Shown: in pieces, positions 10,242-21,479 of the stretch
Layout: each line of letters starts with the position of its first letter
Position numbering within the stretch: the stretch's first letter is position 1
Origin: Dudresnaya verticillata
Taxonomy: Eukaryota
Direction: 5' to 3'
Length of the DNA stretch: 64,000 bases
Assembly: GCA_977862235.1 (NCBI GenBank)
Contig: OZ374565.1
Span: 1,364,001-1,428,000 of the forward strand
Program-made: the position numbers and the translations under genes
The notes under the pieces: model-generated
The model's input: only the letters and a program-made list of their open reading frames with translations
What the model was told of the DNA's origin: nothing
Database searches by the model: none

Positions 10242-11241
10242 CTTATGGCCGTTAATTGTTGTCAAGGTATTTGGTTAGTAGTTGACCAGCTTGTCTCGTT
10301 ATCTTGTGGTGGCCAATGAGTTGTTGTTAGTCTTGTGATTTCTCGTGTCTTCTGTTTGTGTTATCAAGGTTGGTGGCCGAGTTAGTGCTTCTAAGGTTGG
10401 ACAGCCCCCTTGTCTTTGGGGGTTAATTAGTCTGTCCGGCCAGTCTTGAGTTCAAAATGCACTGGTTGCCTTCAAAAATGGTGTGTAATATCGTGGCCAG
10501 TTACTAGTGAAATGGGGCCGTATGGCGTTTGTTAGTTCAGGTCAGTAAGTCTTGTTTCTGGCCAATACTCTTGAGCATAACTGGAAAAGGGGAAAGGGGG
10601 GTTAGTGGATAAGCAGGAGCGCAAAAATGGCCGGTGTGAGTGGTGAAGTGGCCTTGGCGTGGGGCTACCTTCTTCAAGGCGCCGCCGGAGGAGTAACGGC
10701 CAGCTTTTGTCTGCAACGTTGGTAATATGCTGGTCAGTTACAGTGATCCTCACCACACCGCGAAGAGATGTTCGGCCGGTGTTTGCCTTTGTCTCACTAC
10801 TTCAAGCACCTCATCTGGGCATGTCTTCTTCTCTGGCCAATTTCCTTCTTGTTGTCAAATATGGGCTATCGTCGTCACCCCTGTCTCCTCACTCTGCACA
10901 AGCCCCCTCTTGGGAGCACTACGCGTAGGAATTAGAGTTACCTGGAGGAGGCAGCAAAAGATGAGACAGTTTCTACCGTCCGTTTACACCTACTGAATTT
11001 CGGCGTACACCGGGAGATTTGCTGGCCGCAATTTTCTCACCCACTGATGGGCCAGCTTATATTGTCCTGGGTTAACCCTAAACACCGCCGTCGTGTTTTT
11101 GGTGAAGAGGTTCCAGCCCGGGTATTTGTCTCCCAGCATCCCCTTCCTTCGTCCACGACCACCCCGCGTCTCTACCTTCACAAGTTTTTGGCAGACTCTG
11201 ACTCCTCTCGCTTGACTTTCCTGGCCATGTCGAGGTTGACC

Positions 11242-11793
11242 TTACGAACTGTTTTGGCCTGGCGTAGCTCGGCACTTCATGCGCGCGAAGAAGCGGGATA
11301 CCAATGTGGCCGGCAGAAGAGCCTCGGGCTCCCAAGTTCGGCCATTATACCCATACCATTTGACCTGAAACCACCGCTGGAGAGTAGAATCCTCACGCAT
11401 ATCCGTGAGTTTGTCAATGACATATTCCTCTGCCATCGCAGCGACTCCTTCTGGAAGGGTCCCCAAAGCGGCGCTGGCCATCATCTCCGTAGCCATCGGT
11501 TGCCCTTGTGGCTTCGGGGCGGCTACTACTCGGTCCGAACTAACACGCTCCAGTTGGCCAGCCCTGTCGATGAAGAACGTACGGCGATCATTACTAATAA
11601 TCTTGTATGGCCCTTGGGCATGATGCTCTAGTTTCTTTGGTTGCTTCTCTGGGTTCTCTAGAAAGACAAAAACCCCAGCGGCCAGCATCTTATTCCCCAT
11701 CCTGACCGAGCGGTCAAAGGTCTTCTTGTAGCGCGCCTGTGTGCGATTTAAACTGGCCGAAGCTTTATCTACGGCCTCTGATAATCGGCGCAA
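11242..11793 (-). pseudogene. pol: Integrase C-terminus with GPY motif and chromodomain (element B)
   Basis: QGPYKII; EYVIDKLTDM...FQVKWYGYNGRTWEPEALLP. Separated from the core by a stop and a frameshift. Confidence 0.88.
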
Positions 11794-11921
11794 AACGCCT
11801 CTTTCACCCTCCTAGTTGGTTTTGGCCGGTTTAACGTAGCTTCAAGTGAAAATGGACTCGGGGGCCGACTGAGAACCAAGTCAAACGGCGTGGTTCCAGT
11901 GGAGCGATGTATATGGAAATT

Positions 11922-12755
11922 CTATGCATACGTCAATGCCTCGGCGTACTCATCCCAGTCATTTTGATGTTCATTCACGTAGCTCCTTAGCATCGCGGCC
12001 AATGTTCGATTGTATCTTTCCACCTGGCCACTCGTTTGCGGATTATATGTCGTTGTGAAGATGTTGGCCACCTGTAATTGTCGGCAGACTGCCTGGAAGA
12101 ACTTGGCCGCAATCTGTCCACGGTTATCGGTAAGAACTGTCTTTGGCGCGCCGTACTTGAAAATCCAGTGAACGTAGAATGCCTTGGCCATACCATAGGC
12201 GGTTATCCTCTTCAAAGGCACCACCTGAGTCAGCTTCGAGAAGCGGCATGTGATGACTAGGATGTGTTCGAACCCTTTCTTTGTCCTTGGGAGCGGCCCA
12301 AGAAGATCCATGGCCACACTCTCCAACGGTTGACTGGCCGGAAAGAGCTGTAACTTCGACGTATGTTGGAGACGACGAATCCGGTTTTTAGCGCAGTGGC
12401 CACAGTTTCGAACCGTCGCTAGGCAATCAGCGACCATGTGCGGCCAATAGTATGTCCGTCGAAGAGTCTGATACATTCGATTCTGGCCAGGGTGACCTGC
12501 AAGAACGGTATGATGACACAACCGAAGGATGCGGCCATGTAACGAGGCTGGAAGCACCATTTGTTTCCGGTCATCTGTCGGACATCGTCTGCAGAGGACC
12601 CCATCGACCCCTTCGAAGAAGAGGGGTTTCTTGGGTCGTCCCAGGCCAGCTCTCGTGGCGATATTTATCTCACAGAAGTCATCGCTTTTCTGGTCTTCTA
12701 TTATTTCGCTCTGCGTCACTGGTGTTGGGAGAGTCTCTGCTGTCTTCCCTTCCAT
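11922..12755 (-). pseudogene. pol: Gypsy integrase zinc finger and catalytic core (element B)
   Basis: HHTVLAGHPG..YYWP..CGHC, AMDLLGPLP, LTDN, YNPQTSGQVERYN. Premature stop; upstream pol is absent. Confidence 0.92.
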
Positions 12756-13070
12756 TTATGCACGACTGCAGGCTTCCGCCCGGCTATCTTGTCGGCCGTA
12801 TTATTCCTGTCGGCCATATTAACTACTCGATTTCTCCTGTCTCGCGTGGCCGTGAGGATACGGGGAAATGGCAAATTCAAAAGCCGCCAGGAGCGTAATC
12901 GTATTACGTCGCTCGTCAAGAATAGAACCGTCGACGTCTTTTTGTTTCTAACATTACCGACGATGAAAGGTACGGCCATAAGCACACATAGTCAAGACCG
13001 GCGTGCGTCTCCAAGTACTACTCCTTGCTACGCAATCAGATTGATTGGTCGACTTCATCCTTGGTCGATA

Positions 13071-13603
13071 TTAAACAGCCTTACACGACGAAGCTTTCTT
13101 ATACATGACGCGCACGTCATGCTCCACACGGGCCATCCTTACCTCCTTTACCTCCACAGTCCCTTCTGCGTTAGTTTTGGCAAAATCCCACGTCAAGAGA
13201 AGGCGGCACATTCGCTCCAGCTCCCGTACTGGCTCGCTTGCCTGGCGAATCGCCTCGACCAAGACGGCATCGATTTCATGAGCTTCGGATCCGGAGAAAG
13301 CATCCCCCGATACGTAATCAAGCTTCTTCATACCCCACGGTATACCACTGTGAGCATGTTCTGGTCATGATCGTATTGACCCATAACGACCTCAAACGCT
13401 CGAGCACGGTTCTGTTCCATGAACCTTTCTTCATCCTTCACCTCCAACGATCGCATTATGCGTTCCGAAAATTGCAAAGAGTCGCCGTTAAGGCGGCGCT
13501 GTTCCTCTGCCAATCGAAGCCTCAATTCACAGCGCATGAGGTCATGAAATGCGCAGAAACCTGACTGTATGTCGTGCGGCAACACCGGGAGGTCAATGAG
13601 CAT
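13071..13603 (-). pseudogene. Unknown cargo ORF(s), probably one frameshifted gene
   Basis: Two abutting ORFs (13328-13603, 13071-13331) with protein-like charged/helical composition; no recognised motif. Confidence 0.3.
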
Positions 13604-15086
13604 GTCGATAGTAATAGCAATGACTACACTTTGGCAAGAAATCCTCTTCTCTGTGTGTACAGCCGTATTTCTGTTCCTCAGTACCGTCGAGGAGGTCTGT
13701 GAAATGTGAAATGAAACGATTGCGCGCTTTTAATCGGAAAGTAGCACTTGTAGCTAATGGTTTTTGCTGTGTATGAGGCTTAGGCATTCTCTGTATACAA
13801 ATACGGTTATATCTTCGATTTGACACGTTCAAATTCCGGTAATCAGAACGACCGTACTGTACCGAAGTACTTATACCGGCAGCAGCATGAAGACCCTGCA
13901 AACATGCAGCCTCAACTTGCTGGATAGTTCACATACACCGCCCAGATATTAGGTGGAACTGCCGATCAGACTCTCTGAACCTCCGCAAAATAGGGCTGTA
14001 TTGCTAGAACGAGTACATGTTGATCTGTGAAGAATTCTGGAACGTATTTACAAGGATCACTTGCACACTCTGGTACAGGCTCTATTATGGTCTCACGTAT
14101 GGTATTAATCATTTCCCTGACCTTGATATTACTTCTATCATTGGGCACCACGCATACTTACGTTTGTCGTGGCATCCGATGGTAGATTGTGATCATCGGT
14201 TTGTTTCGGTGCTGCAGGGGTTTTATGATGACCATATCTGCAGGGTGGAGGTGCAGGTTTCAGAAAATGTCAATGTTAAACGATTCTGCTAGGGTGGACA
14301 GTAATCTTTTGCCAATTCGAAAACCCGAAGGTATTCCTATCGTTTGTTGGTACAATAGGAATGACTGTACGTTTGCGAATCGTCCACATCACCCCCAGTC
14401 CAAGGGAGTCTGCCTACGTAGGCACACGTGCTTCCAGTTTCGCCTCCACGTTGTGGAACTATTTCGGATGCCCAATTCTTACCCGCCTTGAGCATCGTTT
14501 AGATGCCCTAGTAGGGCAGCTGTGAATCGGAATCACTGTACGGTTGGACGGTTAGAACTGAAATTCCAAATATTTTCTGAGAAAGTACGAACTTAGGGTG
14601 AACACTCCTACCGCACAATACGTCGATATGTTTACCAACGACCAATAAAACCCTGCAGTGATTTGTAGCTTCATGTAATCTCACGGAATGGATCAGGGCG
14701 CCACCAATGGTCCAGGGCTCTAACTATTTTTCCGGCAACGTTAAAACCTTACGTGAGGCTGTTAGTCATGCGGACAGACTTCGTTTCCAGGTTAAAGCTG
14801 GAAACCGGCATGATATATCCTGTCTTTCAATGCCGTGACCACTGACCTGTCTACGGATATATTGTTGTAACCCCGAAGTGTTCTTCGTGGAAACCGCAAC
14901 GCTTATCCCGTGCTCATCAGCTTAACACAACCAGTTGGAAACACCTACGGCAACCAGTTGGAAAGACGTACGGCGACCGTTTGTTCAAAAGTGCTGAATT
15001 ATACTTTTGGCTGGATCGGCAAGAAACGTTCTGGAAAGGGTGCTGTTACACAGTCTAAAGCGGACCAAAATTGCTCTTCTGCAAGT

Positions 15087-17950
15087 ATGGGGAGGGAATT
15101 GTTCTCTGACGTGATGGAGGGTTCCGTGAATATGAGAATTGACCCCACGGCGTGCTTCCCGCTAACGGCAACAAGACTCGTGGTGCGCTCCGGAGTGGAA
15201 CGCCTCAATGCTCACATTCATCTACACTCATCAGAGAAGAAAGGCGGTGAAGGGACCATTGGGTACGTTGCCGGGTCTGACTCTCGGATTGTCATCGAAA
15301 TGACAGGGTCCCTGTGGGGGTCTCGTCGTTGCGTATTTCAAGAATGTGAAAGGGGAAGGGAAGGGGTACACGGAGGAGGAGGCTTTGGAGAAGGCAAAAA
15401 ATCGCTCCAAATGGTACGGCATTGTTGACGGCTTGCATAGACATTGCGTTATTTTGGAGTTAATGGAGCAGTTCCCAACAGTCTGGCAGTCTTTCGCATG
15501 GCCAGTAACGATTTTGAAGGGTGGGCACAACGTCCATGAGCTCCGGGCAGCTGGCACGACATCAGAATTAGAAACACGACCAGGGATACTTTATCGAGAC
15601 TACATTCTTTGCCCTGGTCCGCGGTCTGCGGGAGGAGGCGGAGAGGTTACAGGCCAAGACTGGGAAACAACCAAATGCCCCAAAAATTGTGGAGGCGTAT
15701 GACGGTTCGAAGTTATATCGGAACAACACCGTTAAGCAAACTGCTCAGACTGTTTTGCGGCTGGATACGAGCGCAATTCACGCAATTGGATAAATTCAAA
15801 AAGAGGAGAGAGAGACCGGATCTAGCTGCAAAGATGACAGGAGACAAGGAAGGGACAACAATCGACAAGGACGGAGCAATGAGAACGGTTGAATGCCGAT
15901 TCTACAGAACGTTCATCTACATTTCATCACTGAAGTCTGCAATCGCCTTCATGAATGGGAAAAACTGCAGGATGGCGTAGAAATACAGATTTCAACTTTG
16001 TACCGACTACGCGAAGTACATCGACTTCAGAGTTTCCGGTCAGTCACCAGATTTCAGACTCTGGAACAATTTGAAAGGGCAAAAGCAGCAATGGGGGAAG
16101 CACGGAAATTCGAACGCCTTATCGAGAGCCAGAGTTGGCCTGAAGGTATGAGTGTCATTCTCCAGAACCTCCTTCACTCCACGAAGCTGGACCACGAGGT
16201 GCGTGCAAACTTCAGAAAGGACCACGATGTACTCAAGCCCTTGATAGCCGCTTATCGAAGGGAATTTCCGCAACAAGCTCCACTTAAGGAAAAGAAATTC
16301 AAACACCAGTTCCAAGCAGAAACTGATTCTGGGAAAGATACATCTCCAGACATAGGAGAAAGTGAGAAGCCAATAGTTTCAGTTTCTGAGATTGATAAGA
16401 CGAGTTCTGAAGTTGATGGAAAACCTCAAGAGGGGAAAGAGAAAGACTCGAAGGGGGACCTTCGTGGCCAAAAGCAGTCGGAAGTCGTCAAGGAGACTGT
16501 AACTGACTCGCAGAGGCAGAGTACGCAATCGGTCCTGGATCCTACAGACGACAACGACACAGGCGCATTAGCTGATAACAATGACATCACTAACGAGTGT
16601 ATTGGACCAGGTAGTCGTTCTGTTTCTTCAACACGCAAGTCGGAGAGACTGGATACCGGTTCTGATGTGGAGGAGAAGGACCCGCTTTCCAAATGCAGAA
16701 TACGAACATATCAGATGAAGTGGGAGGAATATGACCAATCAATCAGGAATGAATGCAGTCCTCTAGTTGACCTCGTGCTTGCTGACCCTCCGTATGGTAC
16801 CCCGAAGGGAATGTTAAATGCTGGAACTGCATACGCAAACCATTTCAGTGAAGAAGACATCATGCGCCTTTGCGAGTTTTGTGGACGTGTTGCGAAGGAG
16901 GGTGGTTGGGTGTTTCTGTTCTGCAGCTTCTTGAAATTCCCGCTGTTTCAAAAGGAACTTACCGACAACAATTTCGATATTGCGCAGTACCCTTTCTTGC
17001 TCTGCAAAGACACAACTACTGTCCAGATACGTCGCAAGAAGGGACTGCAGAATAGGGCTGAGGCAGCAGCCTTCGGAAGACGCAAGGGTATATCCAAGAA
17101 CTCTTTCTCTCCAGACCTGTCCAGCCCATACCATTTCGTCTCGTGTCAGGAGCGACGAAGGTTTGCTGTGATGACCTCTGTTCCCGTACACAGAGATAAG
17201 CTCATGAAGCCAGGGACTAGCAGGGCACCAGTTCGGAAGGGGGAGAAAAAGCCTGATGCACTTACTGAGATCATCACAACCTTCTGCCCTGAAGGCGGCT
17301 CGGTCCTAAACTCTCATGCGGGGAAAATGACTACAGGCATTGCCTGCGTTCGGACAGACAGATAGTGTTACCTCGTCGAAAGAAACCCGGAAACATACAG
17401 ACTGGCTCGTGCACGCCTGCATCGCATGGCAGAGGAGAAGCAGAACGGGTCGTCTCAAGATGCAGGGGTCCAAGCACGGAAGCGTTCGGCAAAACAGATA
17501 GACAAACAGCCGCACACGAAGATAGTACGCGCTGATCAGTCTGAAAGGGAATCACAGACTCTAGTGATGTCCTCAGGCAAGCAACAGGCTGGGAAACGTA
17601 CAGGAAAACCTAGGGAGAAACCGCTGTCATGCGATCAACCGCAACTCAAAGGTGGTGACGCCGTTTGGCTGCTGTGTGGTACAGATAAGGTTGGGAAGGC
17701 AGTACTGCAACCGGGTAACGATGCCCACGGACTGAAGACAGAAATACACCAGCACGGGTTGCGGCAGCGCGACAAGGAGGGAGAGCATCTCGTGGCTGTA
17801 ATTTCCTTGAAAGTTTGCGATGAGTTCGCGGAGAGGCCGTATATGTACACTTTTAAGGGTCCGGAGGAACTGCCAGCCCTGCTGCGAGACTTAAACGCAT
17901 TCTTCGCATGGGATCTTACCATGATGGAGGTTTGTGATAGAGAGCCATGA
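15087..17950 (+). pseudogene. ParB/Srx-like domain + beta-class N6-adenine/N4-cytosine DNA methyltransferase + C-terminal transposon-associated domain (disrupted)
   Basis: WYGIVDGLHR (ParB-like); LVDLVLADPPYG (motif IV); EKKPDALTEIITTFCPEGGSVLNSHAGKMTTGIAC..*CYLVERNPETYRLARARL (motif X/I region after motif IV, i.e. beta order). Frameshifts near 15330, 15560 and 15900, and an in-frame TAG at 17363 that reads through into ORF 17426-17950. Confidence 0.8.
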
Positions 17951-18046
17951 AAGTCTCCTCCATCTATTTTTGGGCAGTACCGGATGTACATTCTGCCAGT
18001 CGAGGGCGGCGGACGGTCCACGGCACATTTCCAGCTGGAATGAATT

Positions 18047-18370
18047 ATGGCATCCATGCACGCTCGTCGCAACCAAGGCAGCGGAAGTTCCGATGTCGAC
18101 CCTGCTCGCCTACTGTCCGACGTGCTTGCTCTACGAGGCGAGGTGGAAGGATTAAGGACGGCAGTGGAAGGAGCTCGACAACAAATGAGGGCTGTGGTTG
18201 CCGCTGTTATGGACCGATTGTCCAGAGTAGTGATAAACGCCGTTCATATTGCCCGAAGTACTAGAAGAAGGCTGCGGTCAATCGAAAGGGCGTTGGGGAT
18301 ACAACGCAACCAAGAAGATGAGCCCGACCTGGACTTTGACATTGAGAATCCGTTTCAAGCTTCCATGTGA
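18047..18370 (+). CDS. Small coiled-coil protein (107 aa), transposon cargo
   Basis: ATG start; heptad pattern LLSDVLALRGEVEGLRTAVE; acidic tail DIENPF. Similar to 18395-18673 and 40641-40910. Confidence 0.55.
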   Translation: MASMHARRNQGSGSSDVDPARLLSDVLALRGEVEGLRTAVEGARQQMRAVVAAVMDRLSRVVINAVHIARSTRRRLRSIERALGIQRNQEDEPDLDFDIENPFQASM

Positions 18371-18394
18371 CTTTTCAGACTTGGTACAAAAACA

Positions 18395-18673
18395 ATGCCG
18401 CTACCTGTCAATCCAACAATGGCCGATGTGCAGCGAGAGTTGGCACTTCTACGTGCTGAAATCTACCATCTTCGTAACACTGTGCGGGAGCTAGAAACCG
18501 AAGTGCAAAGGGCATTTGATTTCGTTAGACACCTTGTGCATGACTTCGGGAGAAGGACGTTGAGAGCACTTCGCAACGTCAGGATCCGGATTCAAGAACT
18601 GCATAGTTCCGTTCGTGTCGTCAGAGGACATCAAGATCGCAATGTAGAAGACCCTTCTTCCGATTCCATCTAG
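18395..18673 (+). CDS. Small coiled-coil protein (92 aa), transposon cargo
   Basis: AAAACAATG start context; VQRELALLRAEIYHLRNTVRELE; tail VEDPSSDSI. Confidence 0.55.
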   Translation: MPLPVNPTMADVQRELALLRAEIYHLRNTVRELETEVQRAFDFVRHLVHDFGRRTLRALRNVRIRIQELHSSVRVVRGHQDRNVEDPSSDSI

Positions 18674-19135
18674 AACTGAGTAGACTGCCATCGGGCTGTA
18701 GTAAACATGAGAAAGGTCCTAGCACTTACCATCAAGGTTTGTCACTGCAGGAAGCCTGGAGACCAGCAGAGCATTGCATTTCACACATTTGTAATGGGAC
18801 AGGCCATTGAGAACTCTTCGTCTTTGCTCTCTTCCGTGAATAACTCGCCCCGATAGTCCTTCGCTTCGCTGCTCACGTTTCGCGCATGCCCTCCATTCCG
18901 TATTTCCCCAGTCTGCAGGTTCTCCGTCAAGTGCACCGAAAAGACGTACAGTCCCGTTGCAGCCTTGATAAGCATATCACCGCGATATCTCGCGCTTGAA
19001 CGTGACAGAAACACGGCTCTGATTCTGTTCTGCCGGCAGACTCGGAAGTGCTTCCTGGCGGTCGATGATGTTCAGTGTGTTCAACGTGCCGGGAAAGTCT
19101 GGGAAGAAACGCACCCCCTGCGCATTCGCACGCGG

Positions 19136-19326
19136 GCCGCACCGGTTACAAACCGCTGCACCGCAGCCCCGCGTGCACTGCTTGCACAGCGCGCACACTC
19201 ACACCTTCACGCACTAGCACCCCCAGTGCATACGCACGCACGCCGCACCGCTTACAAACCGCTGCACCGCAGCCCCGCGTGCAATGCTTGCACAGCGCGC
19301 ACACTCACACACTCACGCACTCGCAC
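19136..19326. repeat. Direct repeat, two ~85-bp copies at 106-bp period
   Basis: GCCGCACCG(G/C)TTACAAACCGCTGCACCGCAGCCCCGCGTGCA... at 19136 and 19242. Confidence 0.9.
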
Positions 19327-19903
19327 ACAACTTGGTCGCCAAGCTCTCGACCCTCACACCGCCCATATTAAAATCCGACGCCGCCGCTCCCGAACCTAGA
19401 CCACAACACACTTCCCCTCCTGCTGCTCGTCTTCCTGGCTGCTCCGTTACAGGTTTGCGCCGTCGCGCTTCCAGGTTCACTGCTTGCCGCGCGCAATTCT
19501 GAAACCCACCCCGTCTTCGCAACGTCGCCATCCAATTGGCGACGTCGCCATGCAGGTGATATCATCTGCAACGAGCGCTAAACCGAGCGCTCGGCGTGCG
19601 CACGACTCCGGATGCGCAGAGCGGAAGCAGTGGGGACCGGGCGGGGGCGTCGGCTCGAGGTGCCAGTCGTGTGTTGCCCTTGTCAAGGGCGATGGTGTTG
19701 TGTGGTGTGTGTTTTCTTGAATGGCAGTGCGTTTTCAGTGAACGCACTACGAGACACCGTGCTGGCCTTTGAGTCCATTGCAGTGCGGTGAACGAAGAAC
19801 GCTGATGATGTCGAGCTCGGAGCGGTGCGGCTGGGCGTCTCGGGAAAAGTAGCAAACACAGGAGGACCAAAGTGAAAAGCTAGAAACGAATATGAATATC
19901 AGC

Positions 19904-20150
19904 CAATAGCTATTGGAGCCGGAGAAATTAAATATATATTTTCTTAGCTTTTTGATTTCCTCCTCCGCGGGAGCTATATAGCTCCCGTGTTTCTGGAAAT
20001 AGAAATACCTAAGAAGATAGATAATTACACTCGCGGCATTCCGTTAGCTACATAGCTCCCATAGTCGCCGAAATGGGAAACCTAAGAAAATAGGTTCTCC
20101 AATCTGTCGGCGACAGGGTGCTATAAAAAATCCATATGCGCCGATAGCAC
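19904..20150. repeat. Subterminal palindrome cluster
   Basis: CCAATAGCTATTGG; CGGGAGCTATATAGCTCCCG (20-bp perfect palindrome, 19968-19987); CTGTCGGCGACAG; GGTGCTAT...ATAGCACC. Confidence 0.8.
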
Positions 20151-20479
20151 CGGCGGAAGTCTCACTGAATTAGCTATCCGGCTGCTGGTCACCCGTCTGC
20201 CGCGGAGCATGTCTCCACGCACCGCAGCCTCACCGCATGCACCCTCCTCGTGGTCACCGCCCTCTCCCACCATCAGGTGGTACCACCTCCTCTCTTTTCA
20301 AACCTCTTCCTATACGGAGAGGAGGGGAACTGCTGTGGAAGAATCATGTCGGAGAGAGACTTTGCGCTCTCGCCTCTGGTCCCCGGGAGCTTGCTGTCGT
20401 CGTGTGCCAGTATGGAGAGGCCGGAGCTCAAGAGCCCAGCACTTTTTCGCGATGTAATGTGCCCGTTCTGCTTGGGTTC

Positions 20480-21253
20480 TGTAGTATTGACGTCGGGTCG
20501 ATCCGATGTCTGATACTTGCTGGTCCAAAGCCGCCACACAGACCCGTCGATGGGTAGCTGTCGGGGTTGGTAGAGCGGTGTCGGCCGCGTGCGCCCCGCA
20601 GGTGCGGATCGACGGCGTCGATGCCGGAGCGCGCACGGGGCGTACCGTACGCGGGTAGGCAGCGGCCGGATCCCAGCTTCCCTGTCGAAGGGCGGCACGA
20701 AGCCGACGGAAAGGAAAAGGAAAGGGGAAAGCCTAGCGAGGCAAGGGGAAAAAGGGAAACCGCCCGCTGGCGTAAGGCAAAGGAATCGAACCCGAAAAGG
20801 CTGGGGGCAAGCTTCAGCGTGAGCTGTTGCTTGCCCGGTTTACTGAGCCGTCGATGGCCGACGGTCTTAAATACCCTACACTATGTACATTACGACTACT
20901 TCTACAGTAGGTGCGCCCCACAACACCAACGCGGGAGGTGTGCGAGCGCGCGCCCATAGACGTGTCGACACGTCCGGGTAACGGTTACCCGTGGGAGCAC
21001 GCGGGGCGTAACGGGCAGCGGCTCTCTCAACGGCTCGATGCCGGAGAGCGTCACAGGGGCGCGCCGTGTGCAGCACGGCGCGCGGCCGCTGCCGGCAGCA
21101 ATGCGGTCGACCGCTAATAATTCAACGAAAAAACTAAGGGCACGCTGCCCAACCACGACTCGCCAGCGGGCGTCATCGTGTGCACCATTACAGTGCGGCG
21201 CTGGCAGCATACCTTACAGCCGCTGCTGATAGTGTGCTGACAGCTATACTACA
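20480..21253 (-). repeat. 3' LTR of element C
   Basis: TGTAGTAT...ATACTACA. About 12 differences from 28435-29208 by eye. The PPT (minus-strand GAGGGAAGGCCG) is at 21254-21265. Confidence 0.96.
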
Positions 21254-21479
21254 CGGCCTTCCCTCAAGCGTGAGCGCCCCGCTCACGGCCGTTGAGGTTT
21301 CCCGGGGCCACGATGGCAACCCCGAGTGGCCGTTGACAGTGATTGGCACGCGCGCCCGTCGACGGTGTATGCGCGTGCCCGCCCGTCTGCGCCGCTGCGC
21401 ATATAAGGATCACTGCGGAGTCGGCGCTGGGGAGGTTGCGGGCATCGCTCTCCACGACCCCCCTTCGCCCACACGCTTC

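Larger units (their letters stand above)
7800..12755 (-). mobile_element. Truncated Ty3/Gypsy element B (integrase-chromodomain plus 3' region), interrupted by the insertion at ~8565-10241
   Basis: Integrase and chromodomain ORFs. YGGCCR-rich DNA occurs on both sides of the insertion. A candidate PPT (minus-strand AAGAGGGGGCT) is at 10901-10911. The left boundary is approximate. Confidence 0.7.
12769..20163. mobile_element. TIR DNA transposon with 4-bp TSD (Sola-like), no intact transposase, carrying cargo genes
   Basis: Left end CAGGCTTCCGCCCG-GCTATC vs reverse complement of the right end GAGACTTCCGCCGGTGCTATC. ACTG flanks both ends (12765-12768, 20164-20167). The right subterminus is palindrome-rich. 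Confidence 0.65.
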
